Source of the DNA: Oculina patagonica
Taxonomy: Eukaryota
Length of the DNA stretch: 64,000 nt
Direction: 5' to 3'
Assembly (NCBI RefSeq): GCF_052425735.1
Contig: NC_135758.1
Location: forward strand, 37,200,001 to 37,264,000
Numbering within the stretch: the first letter of the stretch is position 1; the number at the start of each line of letters is the position of its first letter. The notes beneath the pieces are model-generated. The model did no database searches. It was given only the letters and a program-made list of their open reading frames with translations, and was not told where the DNA came from. This document shows, one piece after another, positions 50,202 through 61,117 of this stretch. The position numbers and the translations under genes are program-made.

Positions 50202-53200
50202 TAGTCCAGGAGCAAATGTCGCTGAAAAACGTTCCGTGGGAATTTCGTGAAGATTTTTGCCGACCACTGTAAAAGTGTTGTGGAGGACCTAAGGGACCCG
50301 ATACAAGTTGTCGGCACTTTTGTAACCCGTGCAGACGGTTTGTTTGGGGCGTTGAAATGTGCCCTATGAGGCTCAGCATGAAAACGAGGCTCAAGCTCTT
50401 AATTGCTTCGCGCAAGTTCTAAATTGGTTGAAATATTGCTGTTTTTAGTATTTTAGGACGAAATTTTTCTAGTCCTTAAAGTTATGAGATAAAATCCTAT
50501 AGCTTGCACTGATTATACTGGTCACAGGACTTAGCCATATTGAGACCCGGGGGAGGGGGCTTTTAACGCTCGCGCTGACTTTGAACGCTTATAACGTTTT
50601 CAAGATTCAACCAAACACTGCCAAACTTTGCGAGTTTATCTAAAATTTATCCGGGAATAATTCGGTAGGATAGATTGTTGTGTCAGAAACTTGACATCAC
50701 CATGACAACGGCATTTTGACAGGCATGTTTTCCCAAATTTGGAATTTTTGTGTTTCTATTAATGAAAATTAACTTTAATGCAATTTTTTTAGCACAGTTT
50801 TATTGATTTTGAGTACTTTGCAGTAATACTGGGTTGTTTTTTGGCGTTTTGGAAAAATTTTGAAATCCAAGATGGCGGATCCAAGATAGCTACGTGATGT
50901 GACGTATAAGTAGTCATCCCAGTGACGTATACCAAGAGATACATGTTTCGACATACTATACATCCTATTAGTTTAGGTCCAAAAAAGCCCGATCTGAATA
51001 TAATAATAGGTTAAAATATAAAACCGAGGCTTGATCCATAACTTGGTTCTGTCGGGGATCCATAGTTCTTTTTTTATAAAAAAAGCTCCCCTGACTGGCT
51101 AAGTTTGAAACAACTGATTACACGGTATTACAATTTATTTCCAATATCGAATTAAGATTCTTAGATATTAATTACTATCGAATATTGTTTTAAAACTGTT
51201 AAAACCTCGACATATTAAGTAAGTTTAGAATTAAGAATAACTGCAGCAACAGAAACCTATTGGATGTGAACTATAAGTGGTCAAAGATGCCCATTATTTT
51301 GCAAAATTTCCTAATAGAATGAAGTGCGAGTCTTTCGGCTCTGGACAGAGGGGAAAATCAATCATTTATTGAACTTTTGTTTCTTAGGTGTTTTAAAACT
51401 TGACTGCTTTTTATGTCTACGTAGTAAAAACCGGTTGAAAATAAATGGTAGAAAAAAACCCGTTGTTATTAGCTAAAGAAGCCTTGAGGTCTATAGAAAA
51501 TTTTCAATAGTAACAGGGAGGTAAACAAGAACCCGCGATAGGATGGGATACCACTCTCGATCATATCAACCGTTGTATGAAGGTTGCAGGAGGACTTATT
51601 GGGATCACTCTAAACCTTAGTGCTAGAGCAGTTTTTCCTAAGGCAAAGCAAATGGCTGGGATGTCTTCACTGATGCAGCTTTTATTTCACAACGCGAAGA
51701 CAGAGTTATTGATCGGTTGTTGACCACAATGCGGAACTTTGCTGACCCGTTAAAAGAAAAAATTAATGAACTTTACAATTGTAGTAAACAAAGTGGTCAT
51801 GATCATGCCTGAAGCAATGAAGATTGATCTTTACCATAAAGTGACAGAGATAGGGCACTTTAGGTGTAAGATCTTTGCTAAAGACAGAATTCCCTCGAAC
51901 ATAGTGAACCGCTGGTCCCAGAACAAATAAACGCAAACCTCTTCCTTGGAAAGACAGCGGGAAGGTACTCAAAGTATCTTGCAATGCTAAAGTGGTCGTG
52001 TTTCAAGACTAATGATAGTATGCAAGAGCCAGACCTGAGGTTGATGTCAAGGCAGCGATAGGGCAATCTATTTTTGCACTCGACGGTATGATGCTCCATT
52101 GTTCCGCAAAGAGCTCGTTAATGGGAATTATTTACAAGCACGGAGGTGAATCGCAGCAGAGAACGAACAACGAACACGGCTACTCAGAATAACGAAGATG
52201 TCGAATATGACATAATGAATGTGGACGCGGGCCTTAACTGCAACTATAAGTCCCCGCTGTTGACGCTATGACAGAACTGTAGTACCTTGATAGGTCAGAC
52301 GGTATCAAAGACTGTTCATAGTCACTGGCACTGGCCAGAACCACCGTGTAATTGAACTTGGGTCGATTGCTAGCGCTCTTGGCAGTGCTAAAATTGCAGC
52401 ACTATGTGTGGCCTGCGAATACAGCCGCCTCTCATTCACCCCCGCTACTACGCAGGCTAATATAACTGGAAGTTTTTTCCTAATAGTCCTGCGTGCTGAA
52501 AAGCTTCCAGAGACACAGTTGAGGACGTAATTAATGCTTTGTGATGTCTTGGAACGACGCTGTATCCAGAATAGAAGACAGTGGCTCTAATAGAGCAGTA
52601 TGCTTGCCAGACTTTTTGCTCAGAACAAGCATCTCGAATCATAATAATAAAGACCTCATGTGGTAGATGTTCAAAAAGAATCAGGCTCAATCAAACAGGC
52701 TACCACCTACGCAGAGTGCACTTTAGGAAGCAATTCTCTGTGGCGCCCAATACCAGATCATCGCTTTTAACAACGACAGAGTATACAGTCCTGTTTGCCA
52801 CAGCCAGATGGTTACGGATGGAAAAAGAGGGAAGAGGAATGGACGACTGTGGCGACGCATAGAAAGTTCACCCACAAAACTTGCCACAATCTGAGAAGGG
52901 GGAATGGGACGGTCTGTAGACATGTTACATCTATTGAAAAGACGGTTTTTACTAGCGTCAGTAGACCATGCAAAGCCTTTTAATTTCGTTAAATTTCCCA
53001 ACGCCGGGATATTCATTGATTCCTACTGACATAACTAGGAAACTGTATGGCGAGGGGACGGAGGCACAATGGTTACAGGGCCGTTCCAGGTTTATTGAAC
53101 CACAAGAAAATGCAGGGCCTCGATTTCATGGTCACGTGATCGAGACTATCCGTATCAGTTAAGATATTCTTTTGGACATCTCAGCCAATCGAAACTGCTA

Positions 53201-53435
53201 ATAGTTATTCTAAAATACCAATAAATACCACATTTTTGTGAAGTTCATCATTGAGCCTCGTTTTCATGCTAAGCCAAATAGGCGATGTTTTTCAATTCCC
53301 CTCCGAAGGCCTTTGCACGGGCTACAAGATTGCCGACAACATTTATCGTGTTCCTTAGGTCCCCCTTAACACTTCTAAACTAGTCGGCAAAAATCTTCAC
53401 GAAATTCCCACGGGAATACCATTGCTCCCAGACTA
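50202..53435 (+). mobile_element. Decayed Academ (XPG-type) DNA transposon
   Basis: TCT|TAGTCCAGGAGCAA...TTGCTCCCAGACTA|TCT, with long imperfect TIRs and a 3-bp TSD. Relic peptides at ~52455-52870 read NITGSFS...LIEQYACQ...KKNQAQSNRLPPTQSAL...PQPDGYGW. The empty site is at ~37880 in copy A. Confidence 0.75.
50531..51014. mobile_element. piggyBac-like MITE nested in the Academ element
   Basis: Degenerate TTAGCCATATTGAGACC...GATCTGAATA...ATAGGTTAA ends of the TTAACCCTATTCAGA type. Confidence 0.5.
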
Positions 53436-54068
53436 TCTAGTCACTGCACTGTAATGACGATATATTATACGAATGCTCAGCCAAACTACAGCATGAGCAT
53501 TTGTAGTAGAACATTGATAGAATTCTATTTAGAGAATTAGCGTAAAAAACAAAACTAAAAAATCACACACACATTTGAACAAAAGAAATTAAAACCTTGT
53601 TTAACTTTTATTTCCTGGATTAGCGTTAATCAGCTTTCGCACAACGGGGCCCTGCTACCTTAGATAAGTAACAACGCCCACAATGATGCTAATTGGCAAA
53701 GTAAGTAAACAGTGCCCGCAAAGTAGTCTCTTGGCGAGTGAAATCTGAGTTACGCTAACTCGGCCTCGTATTTTTTCTTGGGCTTCGTTTTCGTTTAGTT
53801 TATCCTCGGTAAGAGAAATTAATCATTAGCTATGCCATGTTATTAAAAACTAGCAATGGTATATTGCAGTTCCTGAGTTTTGATTGGTTAACAGGTAATG
53901 GTATATGAGCTCATATATCATGGACCACAAAAATGGTAGGTGTATGCGTCAACGATCGAGAACATTCGGGGTCTCGGGAGCTCAAATATTGTAAATCTAT
54001 GGTGTTTTTAATAAAACAATTATTCCACTCACGCTTGTTGGATATGAGATAGTTATCGCCAAGCTATC

Positions 54069-54106
<38 letters not shown>

Positions 54107-54619
54107 TTAAATATACGGTAGCCGGTCATTGCCGCATAACGCGGATTTTTTTCCGCGGAATTTTAAACAGACCTTTTAAAACATTTTTTTGAAATTTAAA
54201 ACCTCGCAAGAATTAGGGTAATTTATCAGACAACAGTAGAGTGAAGCTAATTGTCGAGGGTCGATCTTTACAATCTATCGCTCTACTTTTTACAGTTGAT
54301 CTCAATCTTACGTTTTTCTCTTGACAGATGTATAAATACCTTATACATGTAACACGAAATTTTTAGTTGTCGCCTTTTTTTGTCGCGCAAATTTGATGTC
54401 GGCAAGATAACGAAAGTCGAATCGAAAATTTTGTACAAAAACCTTCACCTTTACAACCTTTCAGATTATTGCGGCGAAGGTTAATGAGACTTTGATCACA
54501 CACGCTGTGTTTATGCTAATTAAATCAGTGTTATTTAAAGAGAGTCTCCAGATGCTTCTCCCGGCTTGTGCAACGCGTAGCTGGCTCGCATGCCGCATTC
54601 CTCCAAATCGTCAGCTTGT

Positions 54620-54683
54620 CATTCTCGACCCCAGAGCTCTTCTCTTTTGCGCATGAAAGACAATAGCTCTGGGGTCGAGAATG
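54620..54683. mobile_element. 64-bp MITE in the 3' UTR of GPCR copy B
   Basis: CATTCTCGACCCCAGAGC...GCTCTGGGGTCGAGAATG with 10-bp TSD GTCAGCTTGT; a single GTCAGCTTGT at ~39354 in copy A is the empty site. Confidence 0.92.
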
Positions 54684-54742
54684 GTCAGCTTGTTTGAATG
54701 AACTGGAGTCGTCTGAAATAGGTAACCATGGTGACGGCTTCT

Positions 54743-55741
54743 TTATCCGCAGGGTGGAGCCTGAGTACCATCTGGACGACGCTGAAGTCTGAACGAGCTG
54801 AACATATTCGGATATACAGCTCTAAACCGTCTACTGCGGAACGCGAAAAGAAAGGGATTTAGCGCCGAATTGAGATAACCGAACATCAGCAGTAGAACTC
54901 TGACTTCGTCCGGGATGTTTAACCCACAAGGCTCACAAACTACAGCGACAATGCTGACTGAGGAGAATGGGACCCAGCAGAAGAAGAAAGCCCCTACAAA
55001 CATCGTGGTAGTTTTAACTGCTTGGACGTTTCTGAAATAAACTTTTCGTTCTTTTGTGGAAGGCTCGTTCTCATTTCTTTGGAAGGACTTAAGTTGCGCA
55101 CACACCATACGATAAATCTTGACATGAATGCCACAGGCCATTAGCAGTGGTAAAATAAAATTCAGGGAAGAACTTAGCGTCAAATAAGTCGGCGTGAAAG
55201 GAAAATAACAGACGCTGTTGTAGACGAACTTGTCGTGTGTTCGCCAGCCCATGATGGGAAGTAAAGCGAACAGCAAACTGTATAGCCAGATTATGAAACT
55301 GATAATCAAAGCTCTGTTTCGAGTCATGAATCCGCAGCGGCGAAAGCGATTCAGAGGATCACTGAGGCTCTTGTATCGATCAACGCTGACAGCCAAAAGG
55401 GTCAAAATCGAGGTGGGTACAGTGATGAGGTACACGGTAATCCAGGCCTTGCACATGACTTCTCCATGTTTCCAGACCCCTCCTAGAAAAAGTCCCTCTA
55501 TGTCAAATGGCACTGCGATGGTGACTGTCAGAAGATCCGAGAATGCCAGTGAAAAAATAAAGAGGTTTGTTGGAATTTTGCGAAGGTTCTTGTTGGCGAG
55601 TATAGCGTAACAGACCATGAGGTTTCCAACGATAGCCACTGCTACGATTAATATGTGACATGTCGCGACTGGATACACGAAGCTTGTTGAGAGGGAGAAA
55701 GGTCCTGTAGCGCTTGAGTTAGGCTCAGAAGTATTGTTCAT
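54743..55741 (-). CDS. Class A orphan GPCR, copy B (332 aa, intronless CDS)
   Basis: Same motifs as copy A; 15 nucleotide and 6 amino-acid differences by my manual count. Confidence 0.93.
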   Translation of the reverse strand: MNNTSEPNSSATGPFSLSTSFVYPVATCHILIVAVAIVGNLMVCYAILANKNLRKIPTNLFIFSLAFSDLLTVTIAVPFDIEGLFLGGVWKHGEVMCKAWITVYLITVPTSILTLLAVSVDRYKSLSDPLNRFRRCGFMTRNRALIISFIIWLYSLLFALLPIMGWRTHDKFVYNSVCYFPFTPTYLTLSSSLNFILPLLMACGIHVKIYRMVCAQLKSFQRNENEPSTKERKVYFRNVQAVKTTTMFVGAFFFCWVPFSSVSIVAVVCEPCGLNIPDEVRVLLLMFGYLNSALNPFLFAFRSRRFRAVYPNMFSSFRLQRRPDGTQAPPCG

Positions 55742-57472
55742 CTTTATAGCCGCTTTTTCCTTTCAAGTCTCTGTAGGTTTAAAAAAATGTTCCTACACGA
55801 ACAAAGTTTTCTTCTCTTTGCTCTGATTTCAGCCTCAATATAGCAGAAATGCAATCTCCTTCTGCAGTTGTGCCTTGCAAAGTTGCCGAAGAGGGTGAGC
55901 GACGCGTCCTAGTCAATCAAAGTATGAAAGCCTAATTCAGTGTACTGAAACTCGCCAAGCCAATCATGAAATTGACTTGTTGCGTTTTTTACCGGACAAT
56001 TAAATCTGTCATGGGTACATCGGGGCGTGCGACCTTTAAAGTCTGTTCATCACGTAACTTTTTTTTGACAACGCCGTTCACGCATGAATCTTTTCAACAC
56101 GGATTGAAATTGCTTTGTACGTGTTCCTTTGTGAGATTTACCGATTTAAATATTTCATAACGAAACGACGCTCCGTGTGTAAAAATTCAGTACATGTATC
56201 CCAGATTCCTGTCATTGCTCTTCAACTTTTTAACTCAGTTTAGCTAAACGCATTAAATAAGAATGAACCAGGTTGAGCAAACGAATGGCCCATCTGTTTT
56301 TTCGCGATTAGATCGGAATTTGGGGTGATTATGGGAAATATTTCCGTCCTGTTGTTTACCACAGTCTGGTCGGCGTAAAGATCAGTATAGCCTTAAAAAT
56401 CCGAGTTCTCGAATTTCGATTTGCTTAAGAGAGAACTGGACTTGTACTGGCCAGCCCACTTCCAGTGGCGCCGGCGTGCTAGAGTTAAACAGAGCATTCA
56501 CAGACAGACTAAAATAGGGTTATTATCTTTTATAGCCACAAAGTAAAAAAAGTTGTTGACATATCAGATAGAATTATCTCCTGACTAGAAAATTCCATCC
56601 TACAATTTCATTCGAAAACCCAGATGTCACACACGTGCCTAGCATGGAACTCCTTGAACACGCAATTAACTCTGCAATAATAGAAACTGTCATGCCTATA
56701 GATGAACGGTCACTCAACATGAATAACAGGTAAATTTCTGGAAAGCCAAGCGTATATTTGAACTGCATTCTTTCTCTGTTTTTCGTTGTTGTTTTAGGGT
56801 GTTGTCTTCCGCAGTTATTTTGTTTGTTTATGCGCCATAACATGGACCCAATATTTTTAGCAACTTCTTTAATTCTGATAAATAAAATGCTTATTTAATT
56901 AAGCGTTTTATCTGAAAATCGCCTTGGGTAAACTGCTAAATTTAGCCACTTCTAGTACCTTCAAGACAACCCCATCTGTCAAATGAGAGCTTTCATCATT
57001 GTCTCCTGTGATGCTCAAATGTAGTTAGTGACTTCACCGGAGATATACATGTACAGACCTCTCATGCTCAACCACAAAAAACGATAAATCTGGAGATCGA
57101 GGTAAAAAAAACGGGAGCTTTCAGTATAAACCGGGCGATTGATCAACTGACGGATAAAAATAACTTAGACCAGGTGCTAGTCAAGACACAGTGTTTGTTT
57201 CCCATGTAAAGTACTTTAACAACACAAAAATTACAGTAACGTTATTTTCACGGCTTGCGTCTTCTATATATGACGATAGATTGTGTGTCTAGCGAACCAA
57301 CAAATGAAATACCTTAACCGACTGCCTACGGATTTACACAAAATTGCTGCAAGACAATCGCCTTAGTAAGCCAAAATGACATTATACATGGAAAATATAG
57401 CTTACAGCTTGTGACTGTTTACCGAGAGGTTTTTGTGTTTCATCGTGAGACCGTGAGATTGAACTAAATAAT

Positions 57473-59518
57473 AAGGGAATAAAATGCCTTTTTGAGGGAA
57501 TATTGTTTATTTGCGCCCGCGTAGTGTCATTTGTGACCCGAGCGCGAAGCGCAAGGGCCACAAATGACACTACAAGGGTGCAAATAAACAATATTCCCGA
57601 AAAAAAGGCATTTTATTATCATTATTATCAATAAACAAGGCCAAATGATATTAAGAAAACTGACAAATTTAATGAGGCTTTTAATAAATAAACAATTTGC
57701 TCTGAATAAGTTGACTCAATACTTCAAATAAACTCAAATTTATCTAACTGCCGGCGCAAGTTAACTTCGAATTCAATCCAATAAATTAGCTGTGTTTGAA
57801 AGAAAATAGGCTGAAAACAGCTAAACGTCTCGAGAAAAATCCAGTTATAGACAATAGAAGATACAAAGATGGAAAATACAAGGATAACCACTTAGTCAGT
57901 ACACGTTTCTAATCACTGTCACTTTCGATTACTACTCGGCGCCGTTTTACGGTTTCGCTTTCTGTTGAATGAGAAGGACCTGCACTCTGATAAATGTTTA
58001 AAGTTCCGATTTGAATGTGCTGTGTGCAGTTTGGATATGGCTGGGCTAGCGAGAGAAACTGACCCTGCAGTGACTGAGAAACTGAAGTGATTGCACTAGC
58101 ACCGGCGATGTTGCTGCTTTCGGAATTTGTTATTGAGCGGTGCGACTCTTGGGAGGTTTCTGAGGCCGAATGTCCGTCAAACGCTTCTTGCAAGAGCCTG
58201 GAGCAATGCCTTTTTTGTGCACTTGAAGTTTGAGAAATGTAGTGAGTCAAGCTTCTTTCATCTTTGTGTTTAGTGATCTCGCAAATCTGTTTGGCGTCGA
58301 CGCCGCGCTGAAACAGAGATGTGACTGTGGAGGCACGAATGCAATGATTCGTGTATTTTTCTGACAATTCGGCTTTCAAGGAAATGTTTTCCATGAGTTT
58401 GGCGATCTTGTTTTTGCCAAGAGGCTCATTTCGAAACCATAGTGATCCCTCTTTCCTGAAGTGCTTGTTAGGTGTTTGAAACAGAGCCTGACATGTAAAA
58501 CTCGAAAGAACCAACGGGATCAACGGGATCAACGGGATCAAGCGGCGACGAGTTTTCGTACATACGCACATCGGAATAACTTTGGTCTTTTTGCTTTGAC
58601 CCTCCTTGATAGTTCTTTGTTTGTTCAGTTTGCTTTTCAGTTACATACCGTGCTCCTGAGTCATCTTTTTTTATGCCGAACGACTGCTTGGTGAGCTCAC
58701 GCCAACCTTCTCTACCACGGCGTCCAAAATAGAAGCAGATGGAAAACCACACAAACTCTAGAAGTCGCTCTGGATCCGTCCAATCACTGTTTGCACCTAA
58801 ACCTCCAGAAAAATATTCTCGTAGCTTCGTCATATCTCCAGCTGCTATAGACGATTTATGCATGGGTTTAGGATTCATTTCTTTCGTGTACAGTTTGCAT
58901 TTTGCTTCGAACATCTTGTTCGCAGGAAGAAATTCTTTGTCTTGTAAAATTTTTCTAGTCCTGCTGAATAGGGCTGAAGTTAATTGTCGATGAATCGCTA
59001 CTCGGATGCCAGTAAGGGTACTAGGGGTTAACGGTTGGCCCTTCTCCGACTTAACCTTCGCATAAAATTTCCTCAATACTTCATTGAGGTCCGCCGAAGT
59101 AACGGAATTCAGATCGACGTTGAGCTGTCGTTTCTCGCACCATTTCTCGAATTTCCTTATACCCCAAGAAGTGGCTCTTTTGGTATTTTCGGCCTGAGCT
59201 CGTGCTTCGATTTTATCCAATTCTTCCGTTCTCAGATCTGAGTTTTGACTAGAATCTTTGAATTCTTCCATTTTCGAAAGCTTTGACCTTTCTTCCACTT
59301 TCAGTTGATCAAAAAATTTTGTGCTTCAAACTGAACTTGCCGAATGGTTTTCCCGCGTCGGCGACGCTGATTGGTTAAAATTAATCGGATGATGAACCGA
59401 GAACCAATCAGCTGCAGGGCCGTTAATGCATTAACGGCCCGCCAGGGGTCATTTGCGGCCCGCAAAGTGCGTGTTTTTAATAGGGCGGTTTTCAATTTGG
59501 CCGCGTATTGATAATAAT
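57473..59518 (-). mobile_element. Crypton (tyrosine-recombinase) transposon, full length, with frameshifted ORF
   Basis: Insert relative to the empty sites at ~43418 and ~44013, bounded by an AATAAT direct repeat, with no TIRs and a long terminal hairpin at 57475-57617. Confidence 0.88.
57909..59298 (-). pseudogene. Crypton tyrosine recombinase (DUF3504/KCTD1/ZMYM-related), split by a frameshift near 58490
   Basis: NTKRATSWG, FYAKVKSEKGQPL, FGRRGREG (catalytic R), WFRNEPLGKN, YTNHCIRAS (HxxR), ITKHKD and SLTHY (catalytic Y) span two ORFs (58468-59298 and 57909-58571). Confidence 0.88.
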
Positions 59519-59638
59519 GGTGAGTCTCACGGCAAAATCGTGAGACTTGAGAGGTCTGTAATAATAAGGTAGACTTAAAAGGATTTACCTAGCTTACTTG
59601 TATGAAATCCGTTTTAAGTAGTGGTCTCAACCATCTTA

Positions 59639-59861
59639 CAGTGCGACGCGCCTTACCGTGGCCACCCAACAAACTTTTTTACAAGTGTTATCTTGTAATA
59701 TTTCGCGTTTTCACTACGTGTCGTTGATAAATACGATGCAACAAGTATTCATTACTGAGATCGTATTCAACTTTGCAAGGAGGCGTGCTTGGCAATAATA
59801 ATATTACCAAATTATACTTGTAAAAAGTTTGTTGGGTGGCCACGGTAAGCGCGTCGCACTG
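59639..59861. mobile_element. Tc1/mariner-type MITE
   Basis: TA|CAGTGCGACGCGC(C)TTACCGTGGCCACCCAAC...GTTGGGTGGCCACGGTAAGCGCGTCGCACTG|TA. Confidence 0.88.
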
Positions 59862-59920
59862 TAAACCAATGATGCTTATAGTTCATCTTCACAAAAATAA
59901 GCAGGCGGTATAATTTTCTA

Positions 59921-60826
59921 ATGCATCAGTCAATTGAAACCCCGGCCCCCCGACCCCCGGGACTTACCGGGGAATTTAACATTTACCAAGTGATAAAACC
60001 CGGCTTATTTCCCCGCCCTAGGGGCCTAGACGTCTGTTAAAAGCCCCGCATAGAGGGGGCATCCGAATCGACTTTCAGGAAAAAAAACGGACAAAAATCT
60101 TGATTTCGTTGCAGTAACTAACAGGTTTTTAAGAGAGATGCTCAGTGTGGTCTTTCAAGAAAGCTCGTTCTAATTCAATGGAAAAGATTATCTTTTACTG
60201 ATAAGCACATCAAACAGCCATGGGCACGACAATCGCGCAGTTTCTGCTGTCATGTCAAGGCCAAAATAGAAAACAAAATAGAATAAGGCTATCCTTTGGA
60301 AACGATTTATTGTCGACGTCTTTTAAACTCATGTGGGACACAAGAAGAGACAAAATAGAAGAATTTCATCTTAAGGTAAACAGCTTTCACCCTACGATAT
60401 AATTCACGGCTGAAATCTCAGAAACAGAAACTACTTTCTTGGAGACGATAGTGTACAAAGGTGGCAGATTCCAAGTACAATCAGTCTATTTTTATCGTGC
60501 AAACACATTAAATGCAAACCCAGGCGTCGCTAAAGGCTTTATCAAGGAAGAAGCGTGGAGACTTTTAAGAACGGATTCCTCAGAACGAACATTTTGAGAA
60601 AAGCATTTAGTCCTTTATGTTAAATCCCGGCTGCCGTCCCCGGATCAGGTGATCGCGTGCTGTTAAATCACCGCTCCACGGCCCCGCTCTACTGACATTT
60701 TGTTAAAACCACCGACCACCGGAGCCAACGCGCCGTTAAAAGTGCGTTAAATCCCGGCTTTGGACGCGTTAAATCCCCGCTAAGTCCCGGGGGTCGGGGG
60801 GCCGGGGTTTCAATTGACTGATGCAT
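59921..60826. mobile_element. TIR element (TA/TAA target) carrying a Penelope RT fragment; specific to copy B
   Basis: ATGCATCAGTCAATTGAAACCCCGGCCCCCCGACCCCCGGGACTTA is mirrored at the right end; the empty site TTTTCTAAACCACAG is at ~44120. Confidence 0.88.
60110..60610 (+). pseudogene. Penelope-like reverse transcriptase fragment
   Basis: Frameshifted FNGKDY...TAMGT...WKRFIVDVF...VNSFHPTI*FTAEISETETTFLETIVYKG...GFIK motifs. Confidence 0.75.
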
Positions 60827-60847
60827 TAAACCACAGATACCACATCA

Positions 60848-60957
60848 TACATACATTTTTATATTTTCCCTCTTTCTTGTATATTATAATTTGATTGTTG
60901 TATTGTAAGCTGATGAATTTGACCGTGTTTTAAATAAAGATTATCCATCCATCCATC
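60848..60957 (+). mobile_element. 5'-truncated LINE tail
   Basis: ~110-bp insert absent from copy A, ending in AATAAA plus a (CCAT)n tail at a CATC target. Confidence 0.55.
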
Positions 60958-61117
60958 CGTATATTTGAGAGCTGCTTCCCACTATGACGACCCAGGAGGA
61001 AGTCGGTTCTCGACGCACTTCCAATATGCGCGCGCTAAAATTCATTTATTTCATAGGTACTGAGATTTATATCATAGATACTGAGATTTTCTCACGAAAA
61101 AACGATTGCGTACAAAT

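Larger units (their letters stand above)
49530..61040. repeat. Segmental duplication copy B (GPCR locus), expanded by insertions
   Basis: Colinear with 37540-44250; carries extra Academ, Crypton, MITE and LINE-tail insertions. Confidence 0.9.
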
